A stretch of 56,857 nt of DNA from Candidatus Wolfebacteria bacterium RIFOXYD12_FULL_48_21 (GTDB lineage: Bacteria; Patescibacteriota; Minisyncoccia; UBA6257; UBA9933): the NCBI GenBank assembly GCA_001793945.1, contig MGIW01000003.1, forward strand, positions 1-56,857, given 5' to 3'. Made by a program: the position numbers and the translations under genes. The stretch's first letter is position 1, and each line of letters begins with the position of its first letter. Below, one piece after another: positions 1-7,643 of this stretch. Under the pieces are notes generated by a model. That model saw only the letters and a program-made list of their open reading frames with translations, did not search any database and was not told the DNA's origin.

Positions 1-88
1 AGGCGCTCTTCTTGTACCGTTTTTGCCATGCTAATAGCCATATTCCGAGCATATCGGAAAACCGCCATATGTCCTTGCACATTACCCA
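1..88 (-). CDS. 5' end of an unidentified gene running off the left edge
   Basis: ATG at 86-88 (minus) opens MGNVQGHMAVFRYARNMAISMAKTVQEER with no stop before position 1. Too short to name. Confidence 0.2.
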
Positions 89-264
89 TTTTTCTTGACT
101 AAATAATTGTTTTGTGCCATAGTATGAATTACTAATGGGATTTACTTCCCTCCTTGAGGGCTTGGACCGTCGCATTATTTATCCTAAAAATTAGGGGCGG
201 AAGAGAAACTGTCTATGTTGCAATTTTAACAAGCAGCATCATTTCATAATCTTTAAAAAGTACA

Positions 265-1269
265 ATGAAATACACGACTCGATGGAAATTAAAATATGCA
301 AAATCCTATAAATACAATCGCGTTACAAGGTGCGCGGCTGTTCTGCGATACATTATCATTGACGCTCTCAATGTATTATTGCTTTTTTTAGCAAAAAAGA
401 CTCCCAGCATAGATTTAAACACCCATAAAAAGATATTGTTTATAGAGCCACAGAAACAAGGCTATGGCGATTTATTATTTCAAACTCCGCTGTTTCAATA
501 CATAGGGTCACAATGTGTTTTGGATATATTTTGCCAACCAAAACATGCATGCATTCTTGAAAATAATCCGTTCGTTATGTCTATATTTTCAGAAGACAAG
601 GCGGTCAATTTCAACGAATATGATTGCGTTTTTTATCTGTCGCGAAGCACTATAAAAGAAAACATACTCGCGCTAAAATGTAGCTCCGCAGACAAAGTGC
701 CTTTAGATGGGGACTTAGCTATATGGACTGCTGCGTTTAGAAACTATTCGTGTACAAAAGCTTGGCAAATTATCTTTGATTCGATATTTAAAAAAAACCA
801 TACATATACGCAATCCGCTCTTTTTATCGATCGTATGCAAAAAAATGACAACTTAATAATCATGGTTGCCGGAACAGAGCGAAAAGATAAGGGAATACAA
901 AATATAGAAGAGGTGGCGCAATCCTTATGTAGAATTTTTAAAGGTACAGATTACACGATCGAGATAGTTGGAAAAACTGAAGAGCATACTACGATCCCCA
1001 CCAATCCGAGGATTACCAATCTCATAAATAAGATTAGCTACAAAGAATGTATGGAGCATATATCTTCAGCGCGGCTTGTTATCGGGCCCGAAGGAAGTTT
1101 AATACATGTGTCCACTTCACTTGGGACGCCAACGATTGTTGGTGAATACGGGCGGGCATTTAAAATGTGTAGCGAAATCACTAATGCAAATATATTTCTT
1201 ACCGATACAATATCGGCATCTTACATAGAAAGATCACTTCCCAAGATATTGGATGGCCTGCATGGCTAA
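265..1269 (+). CDS. glycosyltransferase family 9 (heptosyltransferase-like)
   Basis: 334-aa ORF. KILFIEPQKQGYGDLLFQTP near the N-terminus and LVIGPEGSLIHVSTSLGTPTIV near the C-terminus resemble GT9 signature regions. Converges on the next gene with a 36-nt overlap. Confidence 0.5.
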   Translation: MKYTTRWKLKYAKSYKYNRVTRCAAVLRYIIIDALNVLLLFLAKKTPSIDLNTHKKILFIEPQKQGYGDLLFQTPLFQYIGSQCVLDIFCQPKHACILENNPFVMSIFSEDKAVNFNEYDCVFYLSRSTIKENILALKCSSADKVPLDGDLAIWTAAFRNYSCTKAWQIIFDSIFKKNHTYTQSALFIDRMQKNDNLIIMVAGTERKDKGIQNIEEVAQSLCRIFKGTDYTIEIVGKTEEHTTIPTNPRITNLINKISYKECMEHISSARLVIGPEGSLIHVSTSLGTPTIVGEYGRAFKMCSEITNANIFLTDTISASYIERSLPKILDGLHG

Positions 1270-2745
1270 ATCTTGCTCTTGTGGGTAAGTAAGTGTTGAC
1301 ACTATATCCCCTATCGTTAACCATAATATTGAATCAATATCGAACCCGCCTTCTTCTGCCTGATTAACCTTGCTATAATCCTCCGCTGAAACGGCTTCAA
1401 CCAAATATGTTGAAACATTGTGCGTAACATATACTCGCTTTAAGAAATATGAATAAGAGTATGGTTCTAGCGCGCTTAATATTGTAGATTTTTGTACTCC
1501 CGTCTCTTCTGTGATTTCTCGAGTAAGCGCCCCCTCAGCATCCTCGGTTTTTTTAATGCCGCCCTTAACCAATCTAAACTCGTAAATTCCGCTGTTTTTA
1601 TTTAATCTTTTCAATACGAGAAATTCGGGGTCTTGCAAGTTTTTTACGATGACAGCTTGTACATCTTTCGGGGTTTTTTGTTTTTTCAATATCGCTTTTT
1701 CATATAAGGAAATGTACGCATGCACCATCTTTTCAAAAGAAAAATTTTCGCTCACCGTCTGCGATGCATTGTTTCTCATTTTTTCACGCGCAGATTCGTC
1801 GAGATCGATAATAAACTCTAAGGTTTCAGCGATGGCACACGGAGATTTCGGCTCAATGATGAAGCCATTAATGCCGTGGGAAATTATCTCTGGGCTGCCT
1901 CCCACATTCGTAGCGACAACAAGCTTCTCCTGAGACATAGCCTCCAGTAGTGCAAGTGATTGCCCCTCAATAAGCGACGGCAAAAGCACTATATCCGCCT
2001 TTTTTAAAAACGACATCCAGCGATCATTATCAAACTCGTGAAAATATACATTCGTTGTGCTGATTTTTGACAACAGATCATTCTTAAATCTTATTTCTTC
2101 TTCAACTTTCCTTCCAGCAGGCGAACACACATGGACCTGTATCCCTGCTTTCAACAAAGGGAGTGCTTCAATGAGATATTCCAAGCCTTTTAATTTTGTG
2201 AACCGTGCCGGCACGGCGACAATCGTTTCTTCCTCATTAAAACGGTCGATGCTCTCTTCGTTCTCCGTTTCAATGGCGATGCCATTCGGTACATATTCGA
2301 TGTCGGACTCATCTCCAACGAATTCTTGAAGCACCCTCCTGTACTGGTCTGATACTGTGGCAAAGATAGTACTGTTATCTGCAATTCTTTTAATTATCGA
2401 ATTGTATTTATCACCATAAAAATCAAAGAATACACCGTGCAATGTAAAAACCAACGGTACCTTAAAGTAGGCCGCTGCCTTAATCGCAAAATCGGCCAAA
2501 TAAAAGGTATGGCAGTGAATGACATTAAAGTCGTATTGCTCAAGCTGACCAATCATATCATCCCATAATGACTCGTCCTCTTTATACGCAACCACGGTAA
2601 CGCCGGTCTCAGGCTTAAGCTCATCCGGAGTTACTACGATTAGCCCATCCTTTTTAAAATAATTGATAAGGCTTTGCACGATGCGCTCTCTCCCCCCAAG
2701 ATGGGGCAATGTCCTTGATATAATAAGCGGTTTAGCATTGATCAT
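1234..2745 (-). CDS. GT4 glycosyltransferase fused to a C-terminal Nudix hydrolase domain
   Basis: 503 aa. The N-terminal ~350 aa are GT4-like (EGQSLALLEAMSQEKLVVATNVGGSPEII). The C-terminal ~140 aa carry a Nudix box, GGIKKTEDAEGALTREITEETGV. 4-nt overlap with the upstream gene. Confidence 0.7.
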   Translation of the reverse strand: MINAKPLIISRTLPHLGGRERIVQSLINYFKKDGLIVVTPDELKPETGVTVVAYKEDESLWDDMIGQLEQYDFNVIHCHTFYLADFAIKAAAYFKVPLVFTLHGVFFDFYGDKYNSIIKRIADNSTIFATVSDQYRRVLQEFVGDESDIEYVPNGIAIETENEESIDRFNEEETIVAVPARFTKLKGLEYLIEALPLLKAGIQVHVCSPAGRKVEEEIRFKNDLLSKISTTNVYFHEFDNDRWMSFLKKADIVLLPSLIEGQSLALLEAMSQEKLVVATNVGGSPEIISHGINGFIIEPKSPCAIAETLEFIIDLDESAREKMRNNASQTVSENFSFEKMVHAYISLYEKAILKKQKTPKDVQAVIVKNLQDPEFLVLKRLNKNSGIYEFRLVKGGIKKTEDAEGALTREITEETGVQKSTILSALEPYSYSYFLKRVYVTHNVSTYLVEAVSAEDYSKVNQAEEGGFDIDSILWLTIGDIVSTLTYPQEQDLAMQAIQYLGK

Positions 2746-3506
2746 GATTTGTGTTTTTTAATAATTAATTCTGATAATTGATTGAGAAGCTCTATGGCGT
2801 TTCGGTTAAAATTGTTCAGCTTTTGCATCTCCATGTCGCCGCCCAGCTCGGACCTCAGCGGAAGTATGCTATTAAGAGTCGATCGATCTATATCCTCATA
2901 TCTTAGTTTGAACTGATCGACTATTTCCTGCTTAGTTCCGAAATAATCGCCGTCATAGATGAGAATCCAATCGATTATTTCGATAACCTTATCAACCAGC
3001 AAAGCAGCTATGTCCTTCTCCGCTTTTTTTGAATTATATCTATTGATAGATACATATTTCCGCAAAATATTAAACCGCGCATGAATAACATTGTAATACA
3101 TCAATGCTTTTCTCGCACTTTCTGCGGTGTCTTTCCCCGCTAAAATAGTTATGAATAGTTTTTGATATTCCGACTCTTCGCCAATCAAGACATTGCCCCA
3201 TGAATAATGCTCCAGATATTCAATGTCGACATATTCACGCAAATCAAACTCCGTGTGCGTTAGAAAAGAAAAAACGATTGCGTATCTGGCGCTCAAACCC
3301 AAAGCTATTTCTTTCAATGACTCAAGAGTTTTATTTGAAATATTACCGTACTGATCCGCTTTTAACAAAAATAAAAAATCGCAATCGCTATACCCTGCTA
3401 TTGCTTCATTTTCACGATAGCTCCCCAGGAGTGCTAGAAATTCAATATCGTCCAGCGCTGCATCATTGATCGAAGACCGCAAGTCCTTAATTATTTGGTC
3501 AATCAT
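2742..3506 (-). CDS. nucleotidyltransferase-fold protein (KNTase/ANT-like size and layout)
   Basis: 254 aa. Minimal NTase motif LGSYRENEAIAGYSDCDFLFLL (GS...D.D) followed by a helical C-terminal half. Tightly packed in the operon. Confidence 0.5.
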   Translation of the reverse strand: MIDQIIKDLRSSINDAALDDIEFLALLGSYRENEAIAGYSDCDFLFLLKADQYGNISNKTLESLKEIALGLSARYAIVFSFLTHTEFDLREYVDIEYLEHYSWGNVLIGEESEYQKLFITILAGKDTAESARKALMYYNVIHARFNILRKYVSINRYNSKKAEKDIAALLVDKVIEIIDWILIYDGDYFGTKQEIVDQFKLRYEDIDRSTLNSILPLRSELGGDMEMQKLNNFNRNAIELLNQLSELIIKKHKS

Positions 3507-3510
3507 AGGA

Positions 3511-3798
3511 TTAATCTATATTTTGGTCGCGCAAAGCTTTCCCGATAATATTATTAATATCGATATCAAATAAAATGGATAATGCCAATATATCGTCAAA
3601 AATATCCGCCAACCCATTTTCGATATCATTTAAATCTTTGGGTGGCTTTTTCTTATTGGTATATTGCAAATATACTTCTGAAAGCTCACCCACTTCTTCC
3701 ATTAGATGAAATAGTCTCTGGTCTTTGCCCCAAACAAATTCCGCTTTCTCTAATTTACCGGCATACTTCTTGATTTCATTTTGAGATATGTATTCCAT
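3511..3798 (-). CDS. MazG-like nucleotide pyrophosphohydrolase
   Basis: Start taken at internal MEYISQNE. HLMEEVGELSEVY and GLADIFDDILALS match the paired EExxE/D helices of MazG-type all-alpha NTP pyrophosphatases. Confidence 0.55.
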   Translation of the reverse strand: MEYISQNEIKKYAGKLEKAEFVWGKDQRLFHLMEEVGELSEVYLQYTNKKKPPKDLNDIENGLADIFDDILALSILFDIDINNIIGKALRDQNID

Positions 3799-3830
3799 AC
3801 GAAAGTATTGTATCAAAAAAATGCGCGCTT

Positions 3831-4277
3831 TTATAGCGCGCACTTAGTTATACAATTATCCAGTTCTTCGCTGGAGAAGAAATGCCTTACGGATTTGACA
3901 ACTTCTTCAATATCCGCGGAAGAATGGGCGACATTCCTTCTAACATCCAACCCGAGCTCTCTCAATGTTCCCGTTCTGGCATTTTTTGGATCAGTAAATC
4001 CAGTCGTTCGATTGAGTAGCTTTACGACATCCTCCACCTCTCCTTTGACTACAAACACCAGGCTATCCGAGCTCTTTAGAAAGTAGCTCATGTCCTCGTA
4101 GAATTCGCGGCCCCTTAGATTGGAGTACAGCACATCGATGTCCTCTTGGGTAAGTCTTAGCCGTTTTTGTAATAGTATCTGCAATCCGCTAAGGGTAATC
4201 CTGCGGAACGCCTCGGCTTCGAGCTGTCGTATAAGGCAGTCGGGTTTTAACATTCCAAACGATAATCCATGAATCAT
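3831..4277 (-). CDS. ndk: nucleoside diphosphate kinase-like protein
   Basis: 148 aa. LSFGMLKPDCL, FTDPKNARTGTLRELG and NVAHSSADIEE parallel the NDK motifs (IKPD, TIRGDF, NxxHGSD catalytic His). Divergent sequence. Confidence 0.6.
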   Translation of the reverse strand: MIHGLSFGMLKPDCLIRQLEAEAFRRITLSGLQILLQKRLRLTQEDIDVLYSNLRGREFYEDMSYFLKSSDSLVFVVKGEVEDVVKLLNRTTGFTDPKNARTGTLRELGLDVRRNVAHSSADIEEVVKSVRHFFSSEELDNCITKCAL

Positions 4278-4362
4278 CGCGAGCCTCCCTTTTTATCTTT
4301 ATTATTTGATTTTGAAATACTTATGTTATATAACTATATTAATGTAAATATGTCAATATTTT

Positions 4363-5265
4363 ATGATTACAGCTGCCAGAATTAAATCTCTCAAAAGGAT
4401 CATTTCTAAAAAATTGCATGTCGATATAATTGAAATTTCTTTCCTCGGAAAGGGCGCTTGCAGTAATATTTTTTCATGCAAAACGCGCACCGGACAATTG
4501 TATTGCTTAAAAGAAGAACGAAGCGATAAATTCGACACGGAAAGCAACGATATAGTAAAGGAGGCAAGATTAATCCAATTTTTAAACACGCAATCCATTG
4601 CGCTTATTCCAGAAGTAACATTTATCCTAAATAAGCCCAGGCTGTATTGCTATAAATACATACAGGGCAAACCCTTGAACACAAGATGGAATTCTCTATC
4701 GGAAAAAAATAAAGTGTCCATTATGAAAAGTATTGGAAAGTATCATGCCGAGCTATATAATAAGATCTCGATTGACGAAGCAGGGTTGGCAGGAGTACGA
4801 AAGGATGAGTCTGACTTTATTCATTCTATTTCAAATATTCTTCCTAAACTCAAATCGATAGATAAGAGCAATAGTCAACTTTACAAAAAGGCGCTGTGGA
4901 TGCAAAAATCCTACAGAAGGGTAACAGATGAACATCCCGTTTATGGATTTTTACATGGCGATCTTCATCAGGGAAACCTGCTCGTTAACCATGGCAAGCT
5001 TGCCGGCATTGTTGATTTTGGCAAATCTGCCATTGGCGATATACATAAAGATTTTAGCCATCACGCAAGGCATTATCCGGAGTATATTGATGTTCTTATT
5101 GATAGTTATAAATCCCATACTGGATTAAAATTATCAAAAGATAAAATAATCTTTTACGCATTTTTAAAGGACCTTGAAAAACTTACCTATCATATTGATA
5201 AGTATGCGACGCATAAAAAAAATATCGAAGCCAAAACTTCCTTATATGATACGCTACTATCTTGA
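4363..5265 (+). CDS. APH/choline-kinase-family phosphotransferase
   Basis: 300 aa. Catalytic loop and DFG-like motif FLHGDLHQGNLLVNHGKLAGIVDFGKSAIGD. Divergent from the NDK operon. Confidence 0.75.
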   Translation: MITAARIKSLKRIISKKLHVDIIEISFLGKGACSNIFSCKTRTGQLYCLKEERSDKFDTESNDIVKEARLIQFLNTQSIALIPEVTFILNKPRLYCYKYIQGKPLNTRWNSLSEKNKVSIMKSIGKYHAELYNKISIDEAGLAGVRKDESDFIHSISNILPKLKSIDKSNSQLYKKALWMQKSYRRVTDEHPVYGFLHGDLHQGNLLVNHGKLAGIVDFGKSAIGDIHKDFSHHARHYPEYIDVLIDSYKSHTGLKLSKDKIIFYAFLKDLEKLTYHIDKYATHKKNIEAKTSLYDTLLS

Positions 5266-5385
5266 ATAAACTTTCTCCCAAGCGCGCATCTGATATTTAT
5301 TGCAATAAAGGCCCCTTCATGTGAGCGACCCCTTTTAAAGAACTATTTTAAATAAATCTCCCGAGGGTAGGTGTATAAGGGATTC

Positions 5386-5533
5386 TAAAGAAACTCAGTT
5401 TTAAACCCTATCGCCTTATGCGCTGCTTTGATATCAGCTTCCCGCTTTGCCTTTGCTTCCTCTGTGTGATAGTCGGGATCAAATATCGCATCCAAACTCA
5501 CATCGAATTTACCCGACAATGTTTTCCAACAAC
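5386..5533 (-). pseudogene. orphan copy of the 3' end of the ThiF/E1-like gene
   Basis: Minus strand reads SGKFDVSLDAIFDPDYHTEEAKAKREADIKAAHKAIGF. It is near-identical to the C-terminus of the 8658-9794 product but has no upstream body. Its frame is offset by a 2-nt difference at the junction with the nitroreductase ORF. Confidence 0.65.
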
Positions 5534-6069
5534 AGTCGCTCGTTTAAGCTAATAATACTCGCCAGCTTACTCACCTCTTCGCGCCCGTCTGCCAGCCGTA
5601 TTTCCTCGCCACCCACCCCTCTCATCTCGCCAATGTTTTGCTTTTCCTCTTCCGTTAACGTGTATGCCTTATATGTCTTACGATTAGTCGCCCGCTCACG
5701 AATCGCCTTGAATAATCCATTTTCTTTTTTATCCGCTGTTCTTTCCAATCGTACCGTTGCGGTATGATCGCTTCGCCCTTGTTCGGGAAACATCGTTACC
5801 GTTGCTTCGTATCCAAAATGCTCAGCTATTATACTTATATTTTCGATCAATGCACCGTGGGCCAAAAAATCGCCTCTGTTCTTGAAATTAAACAAAGTAG
5901 CATCTCTGCCGACAAGATTATAAATATCGATCTCGTTTCCACGCACCTCAAACCGCCACGGCTGGGAATTATCCCCCGATGGTGCATTGATCGCTTCTTG
6001 TATTATTTTTCCGATCAGTTCTCGAGGAATCATTGTGGATATTATACAGGATTTTTGGGGTTTTGGCAT
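5509..6069 (-). CDS. nitroreductase-family protein (Acg-type N-terminal half, apparently truncated)
   Basis: 186 aa. INAPSGDNSQPWRFEV and RERATNRKTY motifs. The ORF ends exactly where the duplicated ThiF tail begins. Confidence 0.6.
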   Translation of the reverse strand: MPKPQKSCIISTMIPRELIGKIIQEAINAPSGDNSQPWRFEVRGNEIDIYNLVGRDATLFNFKNRGDFLAHGALIENISIIAEHFGYEATVTMFPEQGRSDHTATVRLERTADKKENGLFKAIRERATNRKTYKAYTLTEEEKQNIGEMRGVGGEEIRLADGREEVSKLASIISLNERLLLENIVG

Positions 6070-6192
6070 GGCATAGTCTGAGCGGGATGTAAAAAATAGC
6101 GACTATTGGCGCTATTCCCAAAATCGCCGTATACCTTTTGCACTTTACTACATTTGCTTGATTAAGTATAAAAATTGTATCATATAGGTACT

Positions 6193-6414
6193 ATGGAAAA
6201 TACTATGGAACAACATGCCCCAAAAGGATGGGCGCCCGATGTTTGGCAAAAATTCAATAAGAAGATTGAGGAAATGTCCGAAGAAGAACTCATTAAGGCA
6301 TTCCACGATCTTGGCCTTGATTTTCAAGAGCCAGAAAAATTAACAAAAGACGATATCATTGCTGTGGCGGATGAATTATACGAAAAAGATGTAAAGGAAT
6401 ACTTTAAAATATAA
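6193..6414 (+). CDS. small hypothetical protein (73 aa), paralog of 7184-7429
   Basis: ATG chosen over the upstream TTG. Shares a W..W..F....E.LS.EEL.......G..F pattern with the 81-aa minus-strand protein. Followed by a hairpin. Confidence 0.45.
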   Translation: MENTMEQHAPKGWAPDVWQKFNKKIEEMSEEELIKAFHDLGLDFQEPEKLTKDDIIAVADELYEKDVKEYFKI

Positions 6415-6428
6415 CCTTGCTAATAAAA

Positions 6429-6452
6429 ATGCCCTCGGAAATCCGAGGGCAT
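6429..6452. terminator. hairpin terminator between convergent small genes
   Basis: GCCCTCGG-AAAT-CCGAGGGC. A T-run follows on the minus strand (ATTTTTATT); the T-run on the plus strand is weaker. Confidence 0.6.
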
Positions 6453-6483
6453 TTGCGTAGCACGACAAGAATGCTTGCACTCT

Positions 6484-6657
6484 CTATTTTGAAGCCGGGA
6501 TGTGAAGCTTGTCGCTTTGATCTCCTTTGTCATCGTAAACGCGCACATCCCGATGCGGTTCCGGATGACTCTTGCTCGTATGATTGCTGCTCGGCATACT
6601 TGATGTGTTTGGACTTCTTTTCTCCCCTTCCTTTGGGTACCTATTATCCTTACTCAC
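6484..6657 (-). CDS. 57-aa His/Asp/Lys-rich small protein (GTG start), not in the ORF track
   Basis: AGAGGTG precedes the GTG. Product: VSKDNRYPKEGEKRSPNTSSMPSSNHTSKSHPEPHRDVRVYDDKGDQSDKLHIPASK. Resembles the 63-aa product of 6965-7156. Sits behind leader L1 and ahead of the terminator. Confidence 0.4.
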   Translation of the reverse strand: MSKDNRYPKEGEKRSPNTSSMPSSNHTSKSHPEPHRDVRVYDDKGDQSDKLHIPASK

Positions 6658-6794
6658 GGCATCACCTCTTTTGTGTTAAGCATCTTACGGGCCGATCATT
6701 CTTTTTGAATGCTCAATTAAGCATTGTGCGCCGGCAAAATAATTGTCGTGTTCTGAGCTTATTATAGGATATATATATATATATATATTGTCAA
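6658..6794 (-). promoter_or_regulatory. L leader copy 1 with (TA)10-spacer promoter
   Basis: TTGACA (6789-6794), 22-nt spacer made mostly of TA repeats, TATAAT (6761-6766). The conserved core follows: TTGCCGGCGCACAATGCTTAATTGAGCATTCAAAAAGAATGATCGGC. Confidence 0.55.
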
Positions 6795-6820
6795 GGGCTT
6801 GCAGACATCCACTTTTACCC

Positions 6821-6940
6821 CTCCTTCTCCCACCATTTGCCGTCTTTTTCGGAAAAGAACCGTATTATTTGTTCTGCGGAATATTCTTTCATGGCTGGCA
6901 TATTGCCCTTAGTATAGGGGATTTTTGTGTTTGGTGCAAA
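6821..6940 (-). repeat. R module copy 1 (promoter plus leaderless 28-codon sORF)
   Basis: Minus strand: TTGCAC, 17 nt, TATACT, 9 nt, ATG. The sORF at 6815-6901 encodes MPAMKEYSAEQIIRFFSEKDGKWWEKEG and then stops. Confidence 0.85.
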
Positions 6941-6942
6941 AA

Positions 6943-6962
6943 AGAGGCGCCTGCGCGCCTCT
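6943..6962 (-). terminator. rho-independent terminator abutting R copy 1
   Basis: AGAGGCGC-GCAG-GCGCCTCT then TTTTTT on the minus strand. The T-run runs into the TTGCAC -35 of R. Confidence 0.7.
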
Positions 6963-6964
6963 TG

Positions 6965-7156
6965 CTAATCGTCATCTTTCCTTCCGAAAAACCCGGCAAG
7001 GAAATCCATGAAGCTTTCGCTTTCACGAACTCCATGAGTCTCGCCCTCCTTTTTCCCGTCATCACCATAGTGATAGTAATCAACATGGCGATAGGGATGC
7101 CCGGAACTTTCGTGCGGCTTACTCGGCTCAGTCGTGTTCGGAGTATGCTTGCTCAT
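6965..7156 (-). CDS. 63-aa His/Tyr/Asp-rich small protein
   Basis: MSKHTPNTTEPSKPHESSGHPYRHVDYYHYGDDGKKEGETHG...FMDFLAGFFGRKDDD. AAGGAGG lies ~7 nt upstream. Terminator follows immediately. Confidence 0.55.
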   Translation of the reverse strand: MSKHTPNTTEPSKPHESSGHPYRHVDYYHYGDDGKKEGETHGVRESESFMDFLAGFFGRKDDD

Positions 7157-7183
7157 CGCTACCTCCTTTTCGTTGTTCTGCGT

Positions 7184-7429
7184 TTAAGATAACTGTCTCT
7201 CCGCTTCTTCTACTTCGTATACAAGAGCCTCCTTTCTTGTCGCCTCAAGCAATGCGCCGGCGATATGCTCCTTGGGCGTGTATCCCGGCTCAAACTTTAT
7301 GCCATGCTTTTCGCACAGCGTTGAAAGCGATTCGTCAGACAACTTTTCCAATCGCCCCTCGAATTCCAGCCACTCTTCCCACTTCCATCCGTTCATCTCT
7401 TTACCCGGCCCAAAAGTTTGTTCGGTCAT
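7184..7429 (-). CDS. 81-aa hypothetical protein
   Basis: AGGAGG RBS. The start ATG overlaps the stop of a 24-codon upstream sORF (ATGA). Paralog of 6193-6414. Confidence 0.55.
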   Translation of the reverse strand: MTEQTFGPGKEMNGWKWEEWLEFEGRLEKLSDESLSTLCEKHGIKFEPGYTPKEHIAGALLEATRKEALVYEVEEAERQLS

Positions 7430-7508
7430 ATCTTCCTCCTATTATGATGTATATTTTCTGCTACCAATATGTGCTTATTACGACCTTTTGTCAATTGCAT
7501 ATAGAACC

Positions 7509-7628
7509 CTCCTTCTCCCACCATTTGCCGTCTTTTTCGGAAAAGAACCGTATTATTTGTTCTGCGGAATATTCTTTCATGGCTGGCATATTGCCCTTAG
7601 TATAGGGGATTTTTGCGTTTGGTGCAAA
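7509..7628 (-). repeat. R module copy 2
   Basis: Same promoter and start as copy 1. The sORF at 7491-7589 reads on to ...EKEGSICN (32 aa). Confidence 0.85.
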
Positions 7629-7643
7629 AAATGGGCAATCCGC

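Noticed and set aside
6767-6788. (TA)n tracts as meaningless low-complexity sequence.
   Set aside because: I did not dismiss them. They sit precisely between -35-like and -10-like hexamers in all four L copies. I kept this as a finding, but length polymorphism is unproven from a single sequence.
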